A stretch of DNA of 60,931 nucleotides, counting the filler, from Nemertoderma westbladi (taxonomy: Eukaryota; Animalia; Xenacoelomorpha): assembly GCA_032718475.1 (NCBI GenBank). It is 4 parts of 4 records of this genome, joined end to end, with 100 filler letters (N's around TTAATTAATTAA, not from the genome) between each part and the next. Parts side by side here need not be neighbours in the genome. Positions count along the whole stretch, not along the records: positions 37,173 to 52,456 come from JAUCBJ010003039.1; positions 52,557 to 60,931 come from JAUCBJ010005799.1; 2 more parts are not named here. One strand, 5' to 3'. Numbering within the stretch: the first letter of the stretch is position 1; each line of letters starts with the position of its first letter. Shown one piece after another: positions 49,784-60,931 of this stretch. Made by a program: the position numbers and the translations under genes. Below the pieces are notes generated by a model that worked only from the letters and a program-made list of their open reading frames with translations, was not told the origin of the DNA and ran no database searches.

Positions 49784-49840
49784 CTGGAGTAGGAAAAGAG
49801 CTGACAGCAGAGAAAATAGTTTAAGACTTACGGGTAACAT
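49784..49840 (-). CDS. FReD gene exon 1 (signal peptide MLPVSLKLFSLLSALFLLQ)
   Basis: AAAATG start, hydrophobic stretch, CAG/GTAAGT phase-0 donor, TATAAAA near 49930. Confidence 0.75.
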
Positions 49841-50094
49841 TTTTACAGTATTTGTAAATAACTTTGTAACTAAAGTTATGATAATTTTCTGATAGAGAAT
49901 GGTTTTAATGCCTAAAACTCCTCCTATTTATACACTTTTGACAAAGGCAATTACTTATGCAATGAATAAAGTCTCATAAAGGCAATCAAAGGCGGCAAGT
50001 ATTAAGACCTTTATAGAACAATTATTAGTACCTTAGTATAGATACCACTGTGTGTTAGTTATCACTTTAAATTACATTCTTATGATTAACTGTC

Positions 50095-50540
50095 ACAGAA
50101 AGACTGCTGCCGACTGGCTACCAGTTACAGACAGACTGTGGGCGTCTGGATACCAGTTAAAGGCAGACTGCTGGGGCCTGGCTACCAGTTACAGGCAGAC
50201 TGCTGGCGCCTGGCTACCAGTTACAGACAGAATCCTGGCACCTGGCTACCATGTTACAGGCAGACTGCTGGCGCCTGGCTACCAGATACAGACAAACTGC
50301 TGGCGCCTGGCTATCAGTTACAGACAGACTGCGGGCGTCTGGATATCAGTTACAGGCAGACTGCTAGCGCCTGGCTACCAGATACAGACAGACTGCTGGC
50401 GCCTGGCTACCAGTTACAGACAGACTGCGGGCATCTGAATACCAGATAAGGCAGACTGCTAGCGCCTGCCTACCATAAGATACAGACAGACTGCTGGTGC
50501 CTGGCTACCAGTTACAGACAGACTGCGGGCGCCTGGCGAC
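50095..50540. repeat. Degenerate minisatellite (CAGACTGCTGGCGCCTGGCTACCAGTTACAGA-like)
   Basis: About 12 imperfect units. Confidence 0.85.
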
Positions 50541-50644
50541 CTCTTACATACAGGTACTGTACGTCGCAGCGCAGTGGTTACATCGCGTTTTGGCAACTAT
50601 CACGTTCGGCAAGAGTAGTAATTCGGCAATAAAGTTACGTTTCG

Positions 50645-50735
50645 GTAAAACAGAGCACATTACACCAGTGTTGCGTGATCTTCATTGGCTGCCTATTCTG
50701 CGCCGTATTGATAATAAATTTGCACTTTTGACATA
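50645..50735 (+). mobile_element. L2-clade LINE fragment
   Basis: EHITPVLRDLHWLPILRRIDNKFALLTY. Confidence 0.75.
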
Positions 50736-50737
50736 TA

Positions 50738-52453
50738 CAGTCGGGGTCTCAAAGTGCATCTGTTCTTTGAGATTTTCTAAAAGTTTTTCTAAAAGTGTCT
50801 AAAAGTCATTACATTACTCCCAACGGCCGCTTTGAATTCTTGTAGACACTTTTAGTTAGGAATCTCAAAGTGATTTCCTGCTTTTAGGCACTTTGAATTC
50901 TTTGAGAAATGTTACTTTTAGGTAGTTAGCGGCACTTTGAATTCTTTGAGAAAATATACTCCGAGGTATTCGTGATTGACAGCTCGTGGTAAGTTAACTG
51001 AGAGGCAGAGGCATTCTCGGGGAACAATATCATGCGGGCAACAAAGTGATACTTGTGGGCTGGCCATTTGTTGCCTAAAAGCTATTCCCATTAATTTATC
51101 AAATTGAGATTCCGGAGGTGATTATGGGTTGGGTTTTCGGTCGCAAGTACAAATTGAATTTCCGGCGCCCTTTGACAAGCATTCTACGCCCCCCCCCCAA
51201 CCCACCCTCCCCTACCTTTTGGAAATAAAGACCTTTTATAAAAGTCTTTCTAAAAAACATTCTTAAAATCAAATAATACATGAAACATAATTAGTGAAAC
51301 AAGATTAATGCTTGACAAGATTGATTAATTTAATAATAACATAATACAAAAGCTTGTAATAACTTTTGTCATTCATTTCATTAGTCACCTGAGGGCAACC
51401 CGTACTACCTTAACGGTTTAATATGATAACTACGGTGACGAGAGCGCGAGAATTCCTTCTTAAAAACGAAGAAAGGCTTTCAACTTTCAAGTATGATAGA
51501 ACGGCTACACTCTTGTGTTGTTTTAACTTAATAGAGATATTAAAATATCCCCTGCCCCTGGCGTTTATATTTGAGCATAATTTTAAATGTTTGCATGATA
51601 TTCAATTGATGTGTACCGCCTTCTGGCAAAGCGGCACCCAGTTTAAGTTATCAATCACAGCTAGCAAGTAGCGACCCATGGACGGCTACCTTCAAACAAA
51701 CAGGTGCAGAGCCGGAAAGAACTGTCATAGGCTTTGCTTGGCTTGTGGTACCATTTGATTACATAATAGATGTTGGCAGACTGGGCGGTCGCTCTGACAA
51801 TATGCATTGCGCACCAACAATGCCTAAAACATCCATAGGAACAGCCAATTAGTGCGCTTGAATCATTTCTATTTATTCCTGCCTCTATCTTTATTCTTTA
51901 CTTTGTATAACACAATTTACAGTGCAGCAAAGAACGGCTGGTTGACCATTAGAATGCATTGGTAAAGGAGTTCGGCGTTTACATTCCTAAGGCCCTGTGG
52001 GCTAAACAAATTTAAACAGTACTATACATTAATATAGATAGGGCAACAGACAAACTGTCTAAGACACAAATACCAACACATTCCGATAGCCCGCAATTAT
52101 GGCGTCTCTAAAGAGTCTAAATATAAATTAATAAAACCTCTCTGAAGCAATAAAAATACCTACAAAAAAATACTGCAGTAATAAATATTAGTTACTGCAG
52201 TAACATATAATAATTACTGCAGTAACAAATATTTATTACTGCAGTAATCAATATTAATAAATTAATAAATAATTGAATAAAAATTTATACTGCAGTAACA
52301 AATCTTCAGGCACGACTGTATGAAATGACTGACAGTACTACTTTGAAATCTTTGAGGACACTGTCATTTTCTTGGACCACTTTTAGAACTTTGAGACACT
52401 TTTAGTTCTTTGAGAAAATCTCAAAGAACAGATGCACTTTGAGACCCCGACTG
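50738..52453. mobile_element. Tc1/mariner-type non-autonomous element
   Basis: Perfect 41-bp TIR CAGTCGGGGTCTCAAAGTGCATCTGTTCTTTGAGATTTTCT with TA TSD; interrupts the L2 fragment. Confidence 0.9.
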
Positions 52454-52456
52454 TAC

Positions 52457-52556
52457 NNNNNNNNNNNNNNNNNNNNNNNNNNNNNNNNNNNNNNNNNNNN
52501 TTAATTAATTAANNNNNNNNNNNNNNNNNNNNNNNNNNNNNNNNNNNNNNNNNNNN
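52457..52556. other. Assembly spacer (N44-TTAATTAATTAA-N44)
   Basis: Six-frame stop linker. Confidence 0.95.
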
Positions 52557-53427
52557 GTTATATTGCAGAAATAATTTGCACAATTAAACATTTTAAAAAT
52601 ACTTTCTAAAGTATAATTGTTTGAAGATTCTTTTAGGGAATTATTTGAATGGATATTAATTATGGCATTATTTGTATTGCTCTAATATTATATCAAAGAC
52701 AATAAGTAATCAAACTCTTAGATGATGAAAATGTTGGTGCTGTGCTAGCACGTAATTTTGAAATAACACAAAATTAAATAACAACTAAAAAATAAATAAA
52801 ATATTAACTATTATTAAAAATAATTATTCATTAATTTTTTATTATTAAAATAATAATAAATTAATAATTGCAGGCTCCTATTTATTTTGTTTTAAGTGAT
52901 TATGTGATAGCTGAATACGAGATACTGTATCTACGTATAAAAAAGACATAACAACTTCCATATTTGCGTATATATAATGTAAAATATTATTATATATATT
53001 ATTATTATATTAGTAAAATATTGAAACATCTCTGAATATAGAGAGATAGTATTGCTACTATCCTCGGGCAACCAACCATTTAGTTTCTCCCTAAGTTAAA
53101 TTAATAAGTAAATTATTTCAACGCACATGGGTGAGATTAATGGTGGTGAGGCCGGCCATCTACCGGGCTATCTGACACTGCAGGTGCTGTTTATATTCCA
53201 GTTATCGATCTTAAACTGTCGGGTATTTGATCTTACCAAATTTTAAACACACAAACAATAGCTTCAGTTGCCTTGCCAGCCGTGCGGTGGTGATAAAAGT
53301 AAATTTAATTACATGCGACTTTGTCGAATGAAATAAAGATATTTTATTTGAAAATTTAAACTCTTACTGTAGTTAAAAGTAGTTATTGGTACCAAATAAG
53401 TTTTTCGAGGGTTGAGAAAATTAATTT

Positions 53428-54696
53428 CCGAGTCTGCTTGTGGAAGCTGCCAAAATATACAATAAAATGATTCTATATAGGATTAGGCCTCACATAGAGA
53501 AACTACTGCGTAAGAGCCAAAACAGATTTCGACCAAGTAGATCAACAATAGCTCAGATACTTGCACTACGGATACTGATTGAAGGAATTAAGTCAAAGAA
53601 TCTCCCCGCAGTCATGACTTTTGTGGACTTCAAGAAGGCATTCGACTCCATCCATAGAGGTAAAATGCTTGAAATCCTAAGAGCTTATGGAATACCAGAA
53701 GTAATTGTTGCTGGCATTGGATTGTTATATTGGGACACAGAAGCACAGGTACTCTCACCACATGGTGAAACTGAGTTTTCTCAATCCTGGCTGGCGTACT
53801 GCAAGGTGACACATTAGCACCATTACTATTTGTAATTGTGCTGGATTACGCAATGAGGACGGCCACAAAGGGTGAAGATCTGGAATTCACACTTCAAGAA
53901 CGCAGAAGTAGTAGATATCCGGCAACTACAGTCATAGACACCGACTTTTCGGATGACATCGACCTGCTCTCTACTACGCTAGCAGATGCACAGCTTCTAC
54001 TAAATAAAGTGGAGAGGGCTGCTAAGGAGGTTGGATGCATATAAATGCTACCAAGACCGAATTCATGACCTTTAATGTTGATGGAAACTTGACAACCATT
54101 GATAATAATCAACTAAGGAAGGTCGATGACTTCCAGTTCCTTGGATCATGGATAGAGAGTAGCAAAAAGGACATAGAAGTTAGGAAAGCAAAGGCTTGGG
54201 TAGCTCTATCAAAAATGGATACCATCTGGAAATCAGATCTCTCCGGCACTTGAAGACTAAGTTCTTTCTAGCCACAGTGGAAAGTGTATTTTTATACGGG
54301 GGTGAGACCTGGACACTGAGTAAATCACTTGAACAACGAATTGATGGTTGCTACACAAGACTACTAAGGGCATCCCTAAACATCAGCTGGAGACAACACA
54401 TGACAAACGCCGAGCTTTATGGTACAAAACCGTATGTATCAACCACCCTCCGTGAACGCAGATTAAGATTCAGTGGGCACTGCTGGCGAAGTAAAGACGA
54501 GGTCATACCAGATCTACTTCTCTGGCAACCAACTCATTGAAAGCGTAGTCGTGGACGACTGGCCATAACATATATAGATCAACTTGAAATAGGATACTGA
54601 ACTTGGGAGAAACGAAATTGCGACAACTATGGAGAATCGGGAAGCCTGGAAGGATCTCATTTCCACTGTACGAGTTCGCTCGACCTAGTAGTAGTG
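53428..54696 (+). mobile_element. 5'-truncated RTE-clade LINE (decayed RT) with long flanking direct repeats
   Basis: FVDFKKAFDSI, TDFSDDI, FQFLGSWI, VFLYGGETW, RLRFSGHCWR; TAGTAGTAG tail; 53308-53427 repeated at 54697-54827. Confidence 0.92.
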
Positions 54697-55738
54697 ATTA
54701 CATGCGACTTTGTCGAATGAAATAAAGATATTTTATTTGAAAATTTAAACTCTTACTGTAATTAAACTGTTATTCAATAAAGTTATTGGTAACAAATAAG
54801 TTTTTCGAGGGTTGAGAAAATGAATTTATAATTTAATCTAATTTAAAGCATTAAGGGAAATGAGCAGAGTGGCAGATGTGGCGGAGTTTTCTAACCAAAG
54901 CAATAAACGAATCTCTATTTCACTTGGGGTCAATCTGCGCCGCTACAGTAGTACCGGTATCTGTCTAAACTTTAACAGAATGTGTAATAATTTCAAAGTC
55001 AACGACTTTCCCTCCTTACATTAAAATTCCACCCCCAGCACCCCGCCTGTTACTGTCAGCATCCACATTAAATTTACGTATTCGACCAAGTTACATTCTC
55101 CAAGTTAATTTCATACTGTTATTTTCAATCGTTAAACATTTATTTTAACTTATAGTCGAGTCAATCTAGCAAAAAACTTCGCAATCAATCCGAACCACAT
55201 ATTTTGGATTCTATTTATATTACCTTGTTAATGACCAAAAAATGTCTAAAAAATTTTTATTTGCGGATCATATGTTTATTCATGGAAATTTGAATAACAC
55301 AAGCCAAACAAAAGGAACAGTATGGAAGAGAAAGTAGCAAATTGGATAGTAGTACTCCAATAGTAGTTACCTTGTTGCTATGTAAAATTAATGTTGCTAA
55401 GGAAGGAAACACGAAATTAGACTTATTTTGTTGTATTAACAAGGTAAAATAGAATGAAAACAACATCTGCTGAATTTGTTGATGAATGGAGAATTTGTTA
55501 TTGGTTTACCCTCCTTTTTTTTTGGCTAGATGGCCTATTATTTAACATATTATTTTGTAACTAAATTATTTTAAATAAAAATATAAATTAACATACAGTA
55601 ACCAATATTATTGCGTCATTTGTATCTTAACTCATGTTGTTAGCCAATTCACTTCTAATTGAAACATTATTAATGTAAATACTAGTAAGGTAATAAATAA
55701 TAGCTAGTCAAAAGCATAATGTAATATGGTAACATCAA

Positions 55739-55981
55739 GGCCCATGTGAAGAATACCAGACTTTCTACCGTTATATTTCACTTTACAGTTACCCCCATGT
55801 AAGAATACCAGGTTTTCACCAAAAACACAGGTTACAGAAGGGCTGAATTTAACCAAAACAATAAACGAATTAGTATATGTACTGTACAGGTTATAAGACA
55901 AAAATATAAAAAATCTTCATATATAAAATTCCAAAAAAAAGTCGACCGAATAGTGAAATCCTGGTATTCTTCACATGGGCG
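55739..55981. mobile_element. Small MITE, Merlin-like
   Basis: TIR GCCCATGTGAAGAATACCAG; 8-bp flanks AACATCAA / AACATTAA. Confidence 0.65.
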
Positions 55982-58337
55982 AACATTAATATCTGTTGAG
56001 TCTACTTATATAAAAAAATTCAATGAATAATAAAAAAAACTTGTTCAAGATTATCTTGTTGTTTGATTATTTTATAAAACATATTAAAGCAATAATTTAC
56101 TCTATAGTATGCATTTCATTACTAAATAACATAGGTAAGCAGTTAGGCCTAAAGTATTCCTGCAACCTAAACCAGATATGGGACAGTTTGCAAAACTAAT
56201 GACCAAGCCAACTTCTCAGTTATAGGTTTATATATACAGTACGGTGTATAATGAATTATTGTGTAAAATAAATCATGTTGAATCAATTAGTTAGTTAGTT
56301 AGTACCAACTACCTTATTTATATAAGGCCAGGATACTCGTAGCTTGAAAAAGGAGACAGAACGAGTTTTTAAATGTTGAAAGTTATGTAGTATTATATAA
56401 ATTACCCATCCTCGCCTGATAATTGTTATTATTAATTAATAAATAAATGAATAATAATTTAATAATAGTTTAAGAAGGATAACCACCTATCAATGAAAAA
56501 ATTACGCACAACAAACGCCGTGTAATAATTAGACTGTTGGTATTTAATTACCACGCCTAACACCAGTAGCATCCAGCACGTCACATCCAGCAATCCCAAA
56601 GCGCATGATTGGTTGAATAAAATGATATGGGCCGTAAATTATTTATAATTCCTGGAAAGTGTCTAGAAACATTATATTACTGTACGCCCCAGAGTTAAAC
56701 TTAAAACTGGGGAATTTCGAAACGCTTGCCAAATCAAATCACAATTACTAAGGTTAAATAAAAACTTTACTGACATTCACATGAATCAAGGTGATTTGTA
56801 ATGCTTTGAGAAGTTGTATTTATATCTCCATGGTGAATCCATTCAAAACAACTTTCAACCAATCAGGAATTTGAACGCGTATACCGTAACATGCCTCTTG
56901 AGGGCCGTATTTACAATAATTTACCAATCGCTCGAAAGATACATGGGGATAAGGACCATGGGGATAAGGAGTTGTGGCTGGGCAATTTTGTCGGTAAGGA
57001 GGCATAGCAATTATTACTTAATACATATTGTACTGAATTGCCTTTTGGAAAAACATACGGGATGTCGCAGTGTCCGAGTGGATACGGCGCCGAACTACTT
57101 ACACAATAGTGTTTGTTGGCGCAGGTTCGAAACCGACTAAATGCGGTATAAATTTCGCACTGATGTGTCCCTCTAGGAAAGACACTTTAGACATTACTAC
57201 CTACGCCAACCAGCGGTATTTCCAAAGGGAACCTGGATTTGCTCGGGGAATAATAATAAAATCGCTATGAGTGTATGCCGTGCGTAGAAAAGTACATAAA
57301 TAAACAATATTATTATTATTATAAGAAAGTGCATCTGTGTTTTGATCCCAGATATTCATTTTATCTGGTAGTCCCAATCGTTCTGTTATGGATTGAAGTA
57401 CATTTGGGGGGGGGGGGGGGGGGGATTCCAAATGGACTCGCCAAACCAGTAGTCCCAGGATGAGTCTCTCACAGCAGCGAGCATTGCTTGGGATCTACTG
57501 TATTCATTGGCAGTGCGGGAGTTCCTGATGCTCTACGCGTCCAAAATAGGGATATTGAAGGGGACTATTTACAATTTTTTATCAACTGACAAACTAATGT
57601 AAATTAATATGATATATAATGTAATGTAATAATAATAATAAGTAAGTAATGTAATATAATATAATGTAATTATTGAAAACCCTATTTCGTCAGGGGCAGA
57701 AAAATGGGCATTCAATTCTCTCGTAATTGTTATGGGCCCATGTTTTTTTTCAAAAAAAGTTGCTAGAATTGGAGCATCACTTACCCTCCCACCTTACTGA
57801 TATGTTTTTGTGCAAATATAACTAAATTCATCTCGATATTTTCATCAAGGACAGACTTGATAAACTGCTCAGTTTTTCGGTTAAGTTTTAAATTTAAAAA
57901 ATCTACCAAAGTAATTGCAATTTCGATACTCTGACTTTCAAAAAATATCTAGAATCTTATTGCAAACACATTTTAACCGAAAAATAAGGGGTCGGGTATT
58001 TCATATGTCGCCTTCTAGATATTTCACAAAAAAAAATTGTCTCTTGTCAGGGACAGACATGTCATGGACATAATTTTTTCCAGAAATGGTACTTTTTGAT
58101 GTAGTTTTACAGAAAACAAAGTATTAAATTACTGTATATTGAATACTGTATACTTCTGTAATAATTACAACTATTTTACTGCATTATCCAAACAGAGTCG
58201 ATATACAAAACACAGCAATTCAATAACCCAAATATAGCCTAGTATTAAATAGATATCGAGAAACTTATAATATAGAAGCAATAGACCCTGGAACTTCATT
58301 CTGTTTGGAAGAAGAAGAACATAACAACTTTGACAAC

Positions 58338-59218
58338 TCCGCACCCAGACCCAGCGCACCCAGACCTAGCCGTCAGCCATACACAGTACCGGCGGACCCG
58401 CAGACCCAGCGCACCCAGACCCATCGAACCCAGATCTCGCGGTCAGCCATACACAGTAGGCCTACAGGTGGAACCAGACTCAGCGCACCCAGACTCTGTC
58501 ATCTAACATCAGACTCTGTGATCTGTTACGGCGTCTACATGAAGGGTTCCCAACCCTTAAGGATATAGCAACCTCGGGATTAATACAGACTGTTTCAGTA
58601 GAAACACACTAAACTTGAAATCAAAGCGGGAACTCATACAATCATTTATGAGGGTCAATCCAGTGTTGGATACAGCTTACGACTGACAGCATACTACTCT
58701 AACCTTACTGTACGCGTACGGTCTTACTTAACCTGATAATTTATTTGCCCCCACTTTTATTTAACTGACAATTTTACTTTCCAAGGTCTTGTCCTTTTGT
58801 GCAGTGCACGTATCGTGCGAAATGCATTTATCTTTTTATCGTTAAACAATAAAACAGTAATCAAAAGTACCGGCGGACCCAGACCCACCGCACCCAGACC
58901 CAGCGCACCCAGACCCAGCGCAACCAGACCCAGCGCACCCAGATCCCGCGGTCAGCCATACACAGTACCGGCGGACCCAGACCAAGAGCACCCAGATCTC
59001 GCGGTCAGCCATGCACAGTACCGGCGGACCCAGACTCAGCGCACCCAGACTGAGCGCACCCAGATCTCGCGGTCAGCCATACACAGTACCGACGGACCCA
59101 GACACAGCGCACCCAGACTGAGCGCACCCAGATCTCGCGGTCAGACATACACAGTACCGGCGGACCCAGACCCAGCGCACCCAGACTCAGCGCTCCCAGA
59201 TCTCGCGGTTGGCCATAC
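58338..59218. repeat. Two blocks of GC-rich (GACCCAGCGCACCCA) / (GCGGTCAGCCATACACAGTACCGGCG) repeats
   Basis: Blocks at 58338-58497 and 58867-59218. Confidence 0.85.
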
Positions 59219-59239
59219 AATTTCCTACTGTAGTTTGTT

Positions 59240-59470
59240 CATCCCTGTTCTCAAGTCCTATGTCCTTTGAGAAAGTCATTGGCTGCCCACCACGTCTATT
59301 CTCAACAGCAGGCTTCCACAGCACAAGGTTGTGTAGATGTTGATCCTGTCCGCAGAAACAGTTCCCAGTAAGCTTCATGCGGTGTCTCTGCTGAGTGATG
59401 CAGTGTCTTGGCAATGAGAAGTTGCCATAGTTGTATAGTTGTATAAGTTTTGTATGGAGCGACATGCCGA
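59240..59470 (-). mobile_element. Decayed RTE 3' fragment
   Basis: DQHLHNLVLWKP..GGQPMTF matches the 47449-48066 ORF. Confidence 0.7.
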
Positions 59471-60439
59471 CTTAAGGGGATTTATGTTCACGACTATGTA
59501 GAAAGTTTAAACGCGGGGGACTCCCCTTGTAAAGTAGATTCAACCGATCGATTTCGAGCTCTAGGCTCTTTTTCAATTCAAAGTTACGTATTTATATATG
59601 TATTTTACATTCACAATCGTCACATAACCATATCTTACAGTATTATATTCATATTCATACTGGTATATAGGGGCCTACTGGTATATGTACCATCCATTAG
59701 TATCTTTTTAATCTCTTCAACTAACTTAATCAACCTCTACTGTATGATGGCTTACTGATTTAGTAACCCTATACAAAAACTTACATCAACAGACCAATTG
59801 TCTAAACATGGGAGTTGAGGCCCAGAAAACACACTCGTCAGGGTCAGAAAGTATTAATTATAGTTATGTCAGGGACAGAAATATGAACAATGTTAACAAT
59901 ATTCGCTCAGTAGGCGATGCTAATTTTTAGAGAAACACTTAAAACAATTAATTTAATTGTACTGTATGCATTCCAGAATATTTAATTGGGAATAATTTTG
60001 GGCAACAGTATAATAATATAGTATAATAATATATAATGAAATAATATAATATATATATATATAATATATTATAACATTATATATAATATATAATACATAT
60101 AATCATAATAATAATTTATGGCCTATGTTAAAATGTAGCTACAGTAAATTAAATTCTAACTACAGTAAATTAAATTTAGCTGCAGTAATTTCAGTATAAT
60201 TAAATAGTACAATTAATATAAAATCATTCCGGAATATATTATAGAGAATAATGTGGGGTCAACATCAAACATGTTTAAATGTTGTCAACATGTTAAAATA
60301 TAGCTACAGTAATCACATTTAGTATAATTATATAAATATACAGTATCCGAACAATTGCGACCCGCCAAATTTATCTTAAATAATGGGTCACAATTGTCCG
60401 GGACGCAATTATCCGGGTCACAAATGTCCGCACTCCCAC

Positions 60440-60680
60440 AAATCCCTATCACCCATGACAATTACTAGATCATCCGCATCTTCTAGGCCAGTGTCCTTTA
60501 AGGTGCCTCTCAAGAATGTCATGGGATGTCGATGTCCACCATGCTTATTCACTCAATGACGGCGCCAAAGCAGAAGATTATCTACTGACTGGTCCCCACG
60601 GCAAAAGCAATGTCCTGCAAAGCGGAGGCGGTTCCGTTCAATAGTCAAGCTAGGGGGGACTAATGTAACACCTCCAATGT
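60440..60680 (-). mobile_element. RTE 3' fragment, same family as 47402-48277
   Basis: DNA match to 47495-47725 (CCCTATCACCCATGACA...GCAATGTCCTGCAAAGCGGAGGCGG). Confidence 0.8.
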
Positions 60681-60931
60681 TGATTTTATTGAATCAATTG
60701 AAAGTAATATAGCAGCTTGAAGATTTAGTGGTTCGTCATTTTTGGAGCACCAAAATTTGAGCTTCAAATTGAATTTGAGCGTTGCACTTAAAATTTTGAA
60801 ACAGGGCCACGCCCTAATTCCAGAGCTCCAAAAATGACGTACCACTAAGAATTTAGGTTTCTATATTACTTTCCATCGATTCAGCAAACCTATAAAATGC
60901 GTTGAAATAAAAACTTTGGTGTATTTTCCGA

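Noticed and set aside
58797-59270. Pro/Ser/Arg-rich 157-aa ORF
   Set aside because: Translation of 15-bp GC-rich repeats with a TTG start

Overview
AT-rich, repeat-dense animal (invertebrate-like) genomic DNA, not prokaryotic. It consists of four contigs joined by artificial 100-bp spacers (N44-TTAATTAATTAA-N44 at 16972, 37073 and 52457), so adjacency across the gaps is unproven. Host genes: three tandem stomatin/band-7 paralogues with intronless coding regions (minus strand, 5.2-15.3 kb), the last exon of a calmodulin-like EF-hand gene (30.8-31.1 kb), and a 5-exon secreted fibrinogen-domain gene (41.0-49.8 kb) whose coiled-coil stalk is built from duplicated 42-nt microexons. An intronless C2H2/acidic-repeat ORF (39-40 kb) may belong to a Polinton-like terminus. 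The rest is satellites and transposon relics: BEL/Pao, RTE, L2/CR1, P/THAP, piggyBac, PIF/Harbinger, and MITEs of Kolobok, hAT, Tc1, Merlin and MULE type. The most unusual items are (1) an RT-less Penelope-type GIY-YIG unit bracketed by two outward-facing minimal hammerhead ribozyme motifs, with a TTAGGG hairpin and 80-bp repeats (11.9-13.9 kb); (2) one MITE family seen both empty (0.4-0.9 kb) and carrying a 5.8-kb satellite (42.7-49.1 kb); and (3) a nest of four transposons with every TSD readable (22.6-28.2 kb). All family assignments come from motif recognition by eye; no searches were run.
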